Both the position numbers and the translations under genes were made by a program. Source: an uncultured delta proteobacterium (lineage in GTDB: Bacteria; Desulfobacterota; Desulfomonilia; UBA1062). From it: 64,000 bases of DNA. Below the pieces are notes generated by a model. The model did no database searches and was not told the origin of the DNA. It worked only from the letters and a program-made list of their open reading frames with translations. The stretch covers positions 768,001 through 832,000 of the forward strand of contig CAWAUM010000001.1 of the NCBI GenBank assembly GCA_963785235.1. Reading direction: 5' to 3'. Shown one piece after another: positions 44,143 to 53,740 of the stretch. Positions within the stretch are counted from its first letter, which is position 1. Every line of letters begins with the position of its first letter.

Positions 44143-44280
44143 TTCGAAATGTGAACCCGTCCCTGATTTCCCTGATTTCCCCGCGTCCCTGATTTCCCCT
44201 GATTTCCCATAGGGGTGGTCGGTAAGGCAGTCCATAAGAGGGGCACAAATTGTAAAAGGGGGACAGGCGGGGGACAATTT
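44143..44280. repeat. GGGAC-type motif cluster with CCCTGATTT tandem units next to tRNA-Asn
   Basis: GAACCCGTCCCTGATTTCCCTGATTTCCCCGCGTCCCTGATTTCCCCTGATTTCCC; GGGGGACAGGCGGGGGACAA. Confidence 0.7.
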
Positions 44281-44292
44281 GATATTTAACGA

Positions 44293-44328
44293 AAGCGGGC
44301 TCACAGGTGTTATCCTGTGAACCCGCTT
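44293..44328 (-). terminator. Hairpin/terminator downstream of tRNA-Asn
   Basis: AAGCGGGCTCACAGG...CCTGTGAACCCGCTT. Confidence 0.7.
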
Positions 44329-44334
44329 ATTATC

Positions 44335-44410
44335 TGGCTCCTCGGGTAAGATTCGAACTTACGACCTAGTGGTTAACAGCCACTTGCTCTACCGATTGAG
44401 CTACCGAGGA
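44335..44410 (-). tRNA. tRNA-Asn(GTT)
   Basis: TCCTCGGTAGCTCAATCGGTAGAGCAAGTGGCTGTTAACCACTAGGTCGTAAGTTCGAATCTTACCCGAGGAGCCA; TTGACA promoter upstream. Confidence 0.97.
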
Positions 44411-44568
44411 ATGGTCAATGGACTGAATTGATAGCCGTGATTTCATTGCTTGTCAAGTAAGAATGCCACATGACTTAATCGTTTTGGATATCTTGCATAG
44501 GTAGAATATTACAAGGTTACTTGGTTGCCGGCCCCGGAGTACCATTTTAAAAAAAAGCCCGCTGCTCA

Positions 44569-45474
44569 TTAAAAATAGGTGAGCAGGCTTTCATATTGCT
44601 CCACGGTCCCTGAATACACCTCGCGCATGCGTGACATGAGCTCCCGGGTAATAGGGCCGGGGCAGGTGAGTTTGTAGTCTTCGATCTGTTTGATGGGCTG
44701 CACCTGTCTCAAGGTGCCTGAGAAAAAGGCCTCATCATATTCGCACAGGTCCTGGGGGAGGATGTGTGTCTCTTTGACCGTGTGTCCCATGTCTTTCAGT
44801 ACATCCATAACAACCTTTCTGGTGATGCCGGGAAGGACGTTCTCCTTGGTGGGGGTTTCCACGCACCCCCCCTTGGCAAGGAAGATGTTGGAGGTGGGTC
44901 CTTCTGCCACGAACCCGTTGGTGTCGAGCATCAGGGCTTCGTCGAATCCCTTCCTGCGCACCTCGGTGCCGGCCAGATATCCGTTCACATAGTTGCCTAT
45001 CACCTTGGCATGGACGGCTGCGGTCTGCGGATGGAGCTTTCGGTACTGGGATATGCCCACCAACCGCGGTGCGCTGAAACTGTCAGGGTCCGAACCCAGT
45101 GAACTGTAGTCGAGGCAGAAAATTGCTGCCGATACCTTCTCCGGCGGTCTGGGCCCAAGGTCAGTGTCTGAATAGTAGGCATAGAACTTGGCTATGCCGT
45201 TCCTCACCGAGTTGGCGCGTGCTGTAGCCATGATGGCGTTCTTGATGTCTTCATGGCTGAAGGGGATGCTCATATAGGTCCTCTCGGCGCTGGAAAAGAA
45301 CCTCTTCACATGCTCGTCGAGGCAGATGAGCGCAGGGCCTTTCTTGGCCGGAACAATGGCCATCACATCGAATATGGCCGAAGCCCTGCTGAAGCTCTGT
45401 GAAAGGGGGGAGACGCGCACCTCCATCCAGTCCACCAGTCTGCCGTCCAGCCATGCCATGATCTGCTTTGACAT
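44569..45474 (-). CDS. ilvE: Class IV (branched-chain) aminotransferase
   Basis: AKVIGNY, DEALMLD...VAEGPTSNIF, LPGITR, DEAFFSGT. Confidence 0.85.
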   Translation of the reverse strand: MSKQIMAWLDGRLVDWMEVRVSPLSQSFSRASAIFDVMAIVPAKKGPALICLDEHVKRFFSSAERTYMSIPFSHEDIKNAIMATARANSVRNGIAKFYAYYSDTDLGPRPPEKVSAAIFCLDYSSLGSDPDSFSAPRLVGISQYRKLHPQTAAVHAKVIGNYVNGYLAGTEVRRKGFDEALMLDTNGFVAEGPTSNIFLAKGGCVETPTKENVLPGITRKVVMDVLKDMGHTVKETHILPQDLCEYDEAFFSGTLRQVQPIKQIEDYKLTCPGPITRELMSRMREVYSGTVEQYESLLTYF

Positions 45475-45573
45475 AGTGAATATCCCTATATGGGCTTATG
45501 CGTAGTGTCAAGAGAGCATACGCTGCCGGCTTGACAAAACAAGCCGTATGAAATAGTAGCATGATCTACTGTT

Positions 45574-46122
45574 ATGGATAAGGTAAAGAGTATTTACGAC
45601 ATAAAGATCATCCCCGATACCATCGGGGAGGCGGGCATCGAGAAGGACTTCCGTGTTGAACCCGGGGTCATGACGGAGATCCTTGCCGATAAGGACCTCC
45701 GGGTTACCGAGCCCTTCCAGATCCATTATGAAGGGGTCAGGCATCAGGAGAATATCCATGTGAGAGTGGATATCAAAGGCGTCATCAGAACAACCTGTTC
45801 CCGCTGTCTTTGCCCCATGACGCACACCGTGGACCTTCACCTGGACAGCGACTACATGCCTGCCCCTCCAGAGATGCCGGATGAACACTTGGAGGCCGAG
45901 CGGCTGAGCGAGGAAACGGGCTATTTCCGCAAAGAGATAAAGCTTGGGGAGTATATCATTTCCGAGCTTGTATTGTCTTTGCCCTTCATCTACATCTGTT
46001 CTGAGAGTTGCAAGGGCCTGTGCCAGCAGTGCGGCGCAAACCTCAATGACAATCTGTGTGCCTGTGTGCAGAGCACGGATCCCAGGTTGCAGGTATTATC
46101 AAAACTTAAGAATAAACTTTAA
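45574..46122 (+). CDS. yceD: DUF177/YceD protein
   Basis: CSRCL, C.ESCKGLCQQCGANLN, DPRL; upstream of rpmF. Confidence 0.9.
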   Translation: MDKVKSIYDIKIIPDTIGEAGIEKDFRVEPGVMTEILADKDLRVTEPFQIHYEGVRHQENIHVRVDIKGVIRTTCSRCLCPMTHTVDLHLDSDYMPAPPEMPDEHLEAERLSEETGYFRKEIKLGEYIISELVLSLPFIYICSESCKGLCQQCGANLNDNLCACVQSTDPRLQVLSKLKNKL

Positions 46123-46138
46123 GAGATAGGAGTCAGCA

Positions 46139-46324
46139 ATGCCATTACCAAAGAGAAGACACTCGAGCACCAGGAGAGACAAGCGCAGGGCTAATGATGC
46201 CATCACCCTTCCTGCAGCTTCCTTTTGTTCGAACTGCAATGAGCCGAAAGCGCCGCACAGGATATGTCAGAGCTGCGGATACTACAATGGCAGAGAGGTA
46301 ATAAAGAACACCAAAGCCGAGTGA
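46139..46324 (+). CDS. rpmF: 50S ribosomal protein L32
   Basis: MPLPKRRHS..RRDKRR, CxxC...HRICxxCGYY. Confidence 0.97.
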   Translation: MPLPKRRHSSTRRDKRRANDAITLPAASFCSNCNEPKAPHRICQSCGYYNGREVIKNTKAE

Positions 46325-47175
46325 TGCCGTATTGCCTGATCTTTCCGGGCCAAGGGAGCCAGTTCCCTGGCATGTCCAAAGGGCTCACTCTCGATTCGGA
46401 TGTTGATGAGAGTCTTCGTACGCTCATGGACAATGGCCCGGATGATGACCTGGGGCAGTCAGGAAATGCCCAGCCGGCAGTAGTATCCGTGAGTGTTGCC
46501 CTGTGGGAAAGATCGGGTTTGAAAGAGCCTGCTGCGGTCATGGGCCACAGCCTTGGCGAATATACCGCGCTTGTCGCTTCACGCTCTTTGCCGGCACGCA
46601 GGGCAATTGAGCTTGTAAAGAAAAGGGCCGCATTCATGGAGGCCTCCCGCCCGAGAGGAACCGGGGGCATGGCTGCTGTGATCGGAATGTCTGAACGTGA
46701 GGTTGAAGAGGTTATAGCCGGTATCAGCGAACTCTGGATCGCCAACCTCAACGGTGCTTCACAGGTGGTTATTTCCGGCAGCATCCAGTCCATTCATACT
46801 GCAATACCGCTGCTCAAAGGTAAAGGCGCCAGGCGTGTGGTGCCGCTTAAGGTCTCTGTGGCATCCCACTGCCCATACATGGACAAGGCCCAGGAAGCAC
46901 TTGCTGATTATCTCAAGGGAATTACCATCAAGGTGCCGTCATGCCCGTTCATCTCCAATGTAAGCGCCCGGGCTGAGACTGACCCGGACCAGCTCAAGGA
47001 CCGACTTGCACAGCAGCTGACAAGCCCGGTGCGTTTTGAGGAATCGGTGCGTGCCGCTGCTCACATGGGTATCGATACCTTTATTGAGATTGGTCCGCGC
47101 TCCGTACTCGCCCCCCTGGTCAAACGCATTATGCCCGGTGTAAATATGGAGGTAATCACCAATGACGACAATTGA
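46324..47175 (+). CDS. fabD: Malonyl-CoA:ACP transacylase
   Basis: FPGQGSQ, GHSLGEY, VSVASH, QLTSPV. Confidence 0.95.
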   Translation: MPYCLIFPGQGSQFPGMSKGLTLDSDVDESLRTLMDNGPDDDLGQSGNAQPAVVSVSVALWERSGLKEPAAVMGHSLGEYTALVASRSLPARRAIELVKKRAAFMEASRPRGTGGMAAVIGMSEREVEEVIAGISELWIANLNGASQVVISGSIQSIHTAIPLLKGKGARRVVPLKVSVASHCPYMDKAQEALADYLKGITIKVPSCPFISNVSARAETDPDQLKDRLAQQLTSPVRFEESVRAAAHMGIDTFIEIGPRSVLAPLVKRIMPGVNMEVITNDDN

Positions 47176-47907
47176 TCTGAGCAACCAGGTGGCCCTGGTC
47201 ACCGGTGCAAGCCGCGGCATTGGCGCGGCCACGGCCAAGTTGCTGGGCAGCGCAGGCGCCCACGTGATTGTCAACTATAAGAGCAGCTCCCAAGCAGCTC
47301 AAGAGGTGGTCGACTCCATACTATCTTCAGGCGGTTCGGCTGAGGCCATGTGTTTCGACGTGGCCGACGAGGCTGAGGTGGGCAGGCATTTTGCCAGACA
47401 TTATAGCCCGCCACGCCAGGCTCGATATCCTGGTGAACAACGCCGGTATTTCTAAGGATGCGCTCTTCCTGCGGATCAAGCCTGAAATGCTCAATGAAAT
47501 GATAGACGTAAATCTTAAGGGTTCATTTTTCTGCACTTTTCACGCTGCGAGATATATGATAAAGCAAAGAAGTGGAAAGATTGTAACGGTCTCTTCCATT
47601 GTCGGACTCGGTGGGAACGCGGGGCAGAGCGTGTATGCAATGACAAAGGCCGGGCTCATCGGCATGACCAAGAGCTTTGCCAAAGAGCTGGGACCGCGCG
47701 GGGTAAGGGTGAATGCAATCGCACCCGGGCTCGTGGACACCGAGATGACATCAGGTATAGACAGGCAGGCCATCGTCAAGTGAGATACCGCTGCGTAAGA
47801 CAGGCAGCCCGGATGAGGTGGCAGGGGTGATCCTGTTCTTGTGTTCCGAGCTGAGCGGATATATTACCGGTCAGGTCATTATCGTAGATGGTGGGCTTTA
47901 TACGTGA
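47162..47907 (+). CDS. fabG: 3-oxoacyl-ACP reductase (apparent frameshifts near 47395 and 47782)
   Basis: [34 protein letters not shown] across frames. Confidence 0.9.
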
Positions 47908-47952
47908 ATCTATTTTAAGGATGCTTTAGAACCCTAAAGGAGGGCTATATCG

Positions 47953-48186
47953 ATGGCCGATGTTCAGCAACGGATCATTCAACTGATCGCAGAGCAGTTG
48001 GAAAAGGACCCATCAGAGATCAAGCCGGAAATGTCTTTCGCAGACGATCTGGGGGCCGATTCCCTTGATCTGGTCGAATTGATCATGACCGTGGAAGAGG
48101 AGTTCAACATAGAGATTCCCGACGAGGATGCGGAGAAGATGAAGTTCGTGAAGGACGCCATAGAATACGTTAAAGCCAAGATATGA
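47953..48186 (+). CDS. acpP: Acyl carrier protein
   Basis: [12 protein letters not shown]. Confidence 0.98.
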   Translation: MADVQQRIIQLIAEQLEKDPSEIKPEMSFADDLGADSLDLVELIMTVEEEFNIEIPDEDAEKMKFVKDAIEYVKAKI

Positions 48187-48194
48187 CGCCCTAG

Positions 48195-49425
48195 ATGAAA
48201 AAAACGGTAGTTGTCACCGGTATAGGAGTAGTATCGCCTCTTGGTAGCGATGTTGAAACGCTCTGGGAAAATCTCATTCACGGTATATCAGGAATAGAGC
48301 CCATTGAAGAACTAAAGGGCCTCCCGGTCACATTCGGGGGCCCTGCAAAGGGATTTGACCCTGCACGGTATCTAGGCCCCAAAGAGATCCGTCATATGGA
48401 CCGTTACACCCAGATGGCCGTATCCTGCGGGCTCGATGCCTGCAGTCACGCACGTTTAAACGCTGATTCATATCCCGAGCACCGTGTCGGAGTGCTCATG
48501 GGAACCGGCTCCGGCGGGATGTCCACGTTGGAAGAGCAGATACCCATCTTTCATTCAAAGGGTCACAGGAGGGTCTCACCTCTTACCGTGCCTATGTACA
48601 TCCCGAACATTGCATCAGCAGAGCTGGCCATGAAGATAAAGTTCAAGGGCCCCGGTATGGGTGTCTCCTCTGCGTGCGCAACGGGTGGGCATGCGTTGGC
48701 TGTTGCCATGAGGCTCATCCAGGCGAACGATGCCGACTGTATGATTGCAGGCGGGGTGGAGGCGTGCCTCACACCGTTTTCCGTTGCCGCATTTGCCTCC
48801 ATGCGGGCCCTGTCCACCCGGAATGACGAACCCATGCAGGCCTCACGGCCCTTTGACCGAGACCGGGACGGATTTGTTATTGCCGAAGGAGGGGCTGCGC
48901 TCGTGCTGGAGGATTTGGACAAGGCCAGGGCGCGCGGCGCGAAGATACTCGCTGTCCTGTGCGGGGCAGGCATGAGTCAGGACGCCTACCACCTGGTGGC
49001 CCCTGACCCGGAAGGAACGGCCGTTGTTTATGCCATGGAACGTGCCCTGGAAGACGCCGGCATTTCACGATCGGATATCGGGTACATCAATGCCCATGGC
49101 ACATCTACGCCTCTGAACGACAAGACCGAGACGCTTGCCATAAAAAAGGTCTTTGGGAAACGTGACGTATAGTATTCCTATAAGCTCCACCAAGTCCATG
49201 ACCGGGCACCTCATAGGCGGCACGGCAAGCCTGGAAACCGCTATCTGCATACTTGCCATGAATGCCGGCATGCTGCCGCCCACCATCAACCTTGACAATC
49301 CTGACCCGCAATGCGATCTGAACTACATACCGGGCCAGGCCATCAAGGCAGAGGTTTCATACTGCATGAACAACGCCTTTGCCTTTGGCGGTCAGAACGT
49401 GGCACTGGTCATGGGAAAGGGGTAA
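48195..49425 (+). CDS. fabF: Beta-ketoacyl-ACP synthase II (apparent frameshift near 49165)
   Basis: SACATG, NAHGTST, STKSMTGH, FAFGGQN. Confidence 0.93.
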
Positions 49426-49428
49426 AGG

Positions 49429-49890
49429 GTGCGGATAGCTGTTGCATGCGATCATGGCGGATATACCTTGAAGAGCTCCGTAAAGGATGCCCTTGCAGCA
49501 TCAGGGGCCGAGGTTGTTGATCTCGGTACAGACACCGCGGAGTCGGTGGACTACCCTGACTTTGCATTTAAGGCCATAAAGCTGCTTCTTGAAAAGCAAT
49601 GCGAGCGGGTCATACTCATCTGCGGGACAGGTATAGGCATGTCCATCTTTGCCAACCGCATACCAGGCGTCAGGGGCGCCCTGTGCCATGAAAGTTATGC
49701 AGCCCGTATGTCCAGGCTCCACAACGACTCCAACTGCCTCATCTTGGGAGGTAGGGTTATTGGACCGGGAATAGCCGGCGAGATCATAGATGTATGGATG
49801 AAGACACCTTTTGAGGGCGGCCGCCATGCGGCAAGGCTCGCAAAGATCGAGGAGCTCTCACAAAGGGTGAAAGACCTGCATGATAAATAG
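49429..49890 (+). CDS. rpiB: Ribose-5-phosphate isomerase B
   Basis: DHGG, VDYPD, CGTGIG, FEGGRH. Confidence 0.96.
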   Translation: MRIAVACDHGGYTLKSSVKDALAASGAEVVDLGTDTAESVDYPDFAFKAIKLLLEKQCERVILICGTGIGMSIFANRIPGVRGALCHESYAARMSRLHNDSNCLILGGRVIGPGIAGEIIDVWMKTPFEGGRHAARLAKIEELSQRVKDLHDK

Positions 49891-49900
49891 GAGATAAAAA

Positions 49901-51146
49901 ATGAACATGGAGAATGTGTTGAAGACCGACCCCGAAGTGTATGATTCCATCATGGGTGAGCTGCAGAGGCAGCGCAACAAGCTTGAGCTCATCGCATCCG
50001 AGAACATCGTAAGCAAGGCCGTGCTCGAGGCCCAGGGCTCTGTCATGACCAACAAGTACGCAGAAGGATACCCTGCCAAGAGATATTACGGCGGGTGCGA
50101 ATACGTGGATGTGGCTGAGGATCTCGCCATTGCCAGGGCCAAACAGCTCTTCGGTGCGGACCATGCCAATGTCCAGCCCCACTCGGGCTCCCAGGCCAAC
50201 ATGGCCGTGTATTTTTCCATACTGGAGCCCGGCGACACCTACCTGGGCATGAGCCTGCCCCATGGCGGCCATCTCTCCATGGGCTCCCCGGTCAACTTTT
50301 CAGGAAAGTTCTACAATGTCGTTGCCTATGGCGTGAGGCCGGACAATCACCTCATCGATTATGACCAGTTGCGGGATCTGGCAAAAAAGAACAAGCCCAA
50401 GCTCATCATAGCAGGGGCCAGCGCCTACCCCCGTATCATCGAGTACAAGACCTTCAAGGATATAGCAGACGAGGTGGGAGCGTATTTCATGGTGGACATG
50501 GCCCACATCGCAGGGCTCATTGCCGCAGGGCTTCACCCGAGCCCGTGCCGTATGCGGATTTCGTCACCACCACCACCCACAAGACGCTGCGAGGACCGAG
50601 GGGTGGCATGGTCCTCTGCAAGGAACAGCATGCCAAGACGATCAACTCAAAGGTCTTTCCCGGGCATGCAGGGCGGACCGCTCATGCATGTTATAGCCGC
50701 CAAGGCCGTGGCATTCAAGGAGGCGCTGAGCCCTGAATTCAAGGTATACCAGACCCAGATCGTGAAGAATGCCAAGGCCATGGCCGATGAGCTCATCTCG
50801 TTAGGTTTCGTCCTTGTATCGGGCGGCACGGACAACCATCTCATGCTTGTGGACCTGACCAATAAGGATGTCACAGGCAAGGACGCCCAGGAGATGCTCG
50901 ACCTTGCATGGATCACCGTGAACCGCAACACCATCCCCTTCGAGACCAAGAGCCCCTTTGTGACCTCGGGCATCCGCATCGGGACGCCTGCGCTCACCAC
51001 CAGGGGAATGAAAGAAGACGAGATGCGCCAGGTGGCGCGCATGATCGCACAGGGTCATCGAAGCCAAGGGAGATGCCGCCGTGATCGAAAAGGTGAGGAA
51101 CGAGGTTGACGAGCTCACCAAGCGCTTTCCCATCTACGAAGGGTGA
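49901..51146 (+). CDS. glyA: Serine hydroxymethyltransferase (apparent frameshifts near 50545, 50660, 51050)
   Basis: [30 protein letters not shown] (alternate frame), GGTDNHL. Confidence 0.95.
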
Positions 51147-51152
51147 CCTGAC

Positions 51153-51614
51153 ATGCGGTGCCCCAGGTGTTCCGGACTCGAAGATAAGGTGCTGCAGTCC
51201 AGAATAAGCCAGGATGGCATCTCCATCAGGCGCAGGAGGGAGTGCATCACCTGCTCTTACCGCTATACCACCTATGAGCACATCGAGGAATTCATCCCGG
51301 TGGTGGTCAAGAAGGACGGCAGGCGGGAGCCCTTTGACGCGGCCAAGGTGATCTCCGGGATCATGACTGCCTGCGAGAAGCGGCCGGTGAGCATGGAGAC
51401 CATCGAGACCGTAAAGGACGCGATTATCCAGGATATCCAGTCCAAATGGGACAGGGAAGTGCCGTCATCCTACATCGGCGAGCGCATCATGGAGGCGTTG
51501 CACAAGCTTGACCCTGTTGCGTATGTCCGTTTTGCATCCGTTTACCGTGAATTCAAGGACGTGAGCGAGTTCATGGATGAGATCAAAGGGCTGCGGAAGA
51601 CAAAGAAAAATTGA
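51153..51614 (+). CDS. nrdR: Transcriptional repressor NrdR
   Basis: MRCPRC, IRRRREC, ATP-cone, VAYVRFASVY. Confidence 0.97.
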   Translation: MRCPRCSGLEDKVLQSRISQDGISIRRRRECITCSYRYTTYEHIEEFIPVVVKKDGRREPFDAAKVISGIMTACEKRPVSMETIETVKDAIIQDIQSKWDREVPSSYIGERIMEALHKLDPVAYVRFASVYREFKDVSEFMDEIKGLRKTKKN

Positions 51615-51695
51615 CGGCTCTTCTTATTGATACACGGATGTTGGTAATAGCTTGATAAATGGACCAGGAATAGGGGTAATGCACAAAAAAATCAG

Positions 51696-51778
51696 CCCGT
51701 TAAAAAAGATCATTTTCCCCTGACGATTTACCATTGATTTATCGATCCTTAAAGGGGAAAATGATCTTTTTTAACGGG
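51696..51778. repeat. 83-bp hairpin with perfect 26-bp arms, variant of the dispersed hairpin family
   Basis: CCCGTTAAAAAAGATCATTTTCCCCT / AGGGGAAAATGATCTTTTTTAACGGG. Confidence 0.85.
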
Positions 51779-51843
51779 TCAGGGCGAAGCCCTGCAGAAT
51801 ATTATATCCCCGATCAGGCTGAATAGTCATAAGACAAGAGAGC

Positions 51844-51957
51844 CAATTGCAAAAGTCCGAGATTGTCATTCCCGCGAAAGCGGGAATCCAGTCTTTTAAA
51901 GAACCACTGGACCCCCGCTTTCGCGGGGGTGACGCCATTTATTGAGTTTTGCAATTG
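51844..51957. repeat. GTCATTCCCGCGAAAGCGGGAATCC-type palindromic repeat (51865-51933) inside CAATTGCAAAA inverted repeats
   Basis: Two GC hairpins in inverted orientation; outer IR CAATTGCAAAA / TTTTGCAATTG. Confidence 0.85.
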
Positions 51958-52010
51958 CTTCAAGAGATTGCTAAGATGTTGATCTACCATGAATGCGGGT
52001 TATTGAAACA

Positions 52011-53088
52011 ATGAATAAAGACACCACCTACATGAACGAGGCCATTGCCCTTGCAAGGCAAGCTATCGGCAGGACCGCACCCAACCCCAGTGTCGGGTGC
52101 CCTAGTTGTGAAAGACGGCCACATTGTAGGCAGGGGATTCCATCCCAAGGCAGGCAAACCCCATGCCGAGGTCTATGCATTGGAGGAAGCAGGTGATAAA
52201 GCCCGGGGCGCATCGCTCTATGTGACCCTGGAGCCCTGCAACCATTTTGGAAAAACACCGCCCTGCACGGAGGCTATCATAAAGGCAGGCATCTCTCGTG
52301 TAGTAGCGGGAACCCTTGACCCGAATCCCATTGTAGCGGGCAAGGGGATAGAACGGCTCAAGGAAGCAGGCATCATGGTCGATGTGGGTATATGCGAAGA
52401 GAAATGCAATGACCTTATCGAGTGGTATGCCTTCTGGCTCAAGGTCGGCCGGCCGTATGTCATACTGAAGGCCGCCATCACCCTGGATGGTTGTGTCGCC
52501 ACCACAACAGGTGATTCCCAGTGGATCAGCTCGGAGGAATCCAGGCATTATGTGCATGAATTGAGAAACCAGGTGGACGGACTTATAGTGGGCATCGGCA
52601 CAGTGCTTAAGGACGACCCGCTGCTTACCTGCCGCATGGAGGGAGGCCGGGACCCCATGCGGATCATCCTGGACCCGCAACTACATATATCCCCAGGGTG
52701 CGAAGTGCCTGGGCCATGGCTCGCTCGTGTTTACCACCAAATCACCGGCTGCCGGGCAGGGAATAATTGAGCACGGCACGGAAACCGTGCAGATGGAGAC
52801 AGATGCCTCTGGCCTGCTTCCCTGGGCCTCAGTGCTTGAACATCTCGGGAAGATGGGCCTCCACTGTGTCATGGTGGAGGGCGGCAGCGGGGTTTACTCG
52901 AGTCTGCTGAAAAGCGGACTTGTGGACAGGCTGCTCTTTTTCATCGCACCCAGGATCCTTGGCGGAGGCTTGCCCTTGGTAGACTGGGGCTCTCCTGAGC
53001 AGGATTGCGGATTCCTTGAAGATCGTGATAACAAAGGTTAACCTTATCAGGCGGGGATATCCTCGTGGAAGGTACACTGGGGGAATAA
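52011..53088 (+). CDS. ribD: Riboflavin deaminase/reductase (several apparent frameshifts)
   Basis: PNPSVG, HAE, TLEPCNH..TPPC, SQWIS, DDPLLT, VEGG. Confidence 0.92.
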
Positions 53089-53089
53089 T

Positions 53090-53734
53090 ATGTTCACCGG
53101 GATCATCGAGTCGGTGGGGAAAATCATTTCCAAGCAGCCTTATGGGCAAGGCCTCGAGCTCAAGATAGATACGGGGATTGATCTGTCCGGCGATGCCATT
53201 GGTGACAGCGTTGCCGTGGACGGGGTGTGCCTTACCATTACCAGGATGAAAGGCAATGTCTTTTTTGCACAGGCATCTGCCGAGACCATCACACGCTCCA
53301 CCCTGGGAGATATGAGACCCGGCGCCAAGGTGAATATCGAACGGGCCCTTACCCTCTCATCGCGGCTTGGCGGGCATATTGTCCTGGGCCATGTGGATAC
53401 GGTGGGCAAAATCCTCCAGAAAGACCTTGCAGGCGAGTCAATACGAATCAAGGTGGGCTTCGAGCGGGCATATGCAAAGTATGTGATAGAGAAGGGGTCC
53501 ATAGCCATAGACGGCGTTTCGCTTACCATTAATGAAGTATATAAGGATGCATTTACCGTGAACATAATAGAGCACACGGCCCAATCCACTTCCTTGACAC
53601 CCAAATCCCCGGGTGATAGGGTGAACCTCGAATTCGACGTACTGGGTAAGTACGTGGAAAGCCTGCTGAATAAGGATACGGGCATGAGCCTGAAAGACCT
53701 TCTCACAAAGCAGGGTTTTCTCAAAAGGGAGTAG
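53090..53734 (+). CDS. ribE: Riboflavin synthase alpha
   Basis: MFTGII, GVCLT, GGHIVLGHVD. Confidence 0.96.
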   Translation: MFTGIIESVGKIISKQPYGQGLELKIDTGIDLSGDAIGDSVAVDGVCLTITRMKGNVFFAQASAETITRSTLGDMRPGAKVNIERALTLSSRLGGHIVLGHVDTVGKILQKDLAGESIRIKVGFERAYAKYVIEKGSIAIDGVSLTINEVYKDAFTVNIIEHTAQSTSLTPKSPGDRVNLEFDVLGKYVESLLNKDTGMSLKDLLTKQGFLKRE

Positions 53735-53740
53735 ATTCAA

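Noticed and set aside
44335-44410. Classical tRNA-integrated island with att duplication
   Set aside because: No integrase, and I found no duplicated tRNA-Asn 3' end at the other border
51615-52010. FMN riboswitch upstream of ribD
   Set aside because: No RFN consensus found; the structure is explained by repeats
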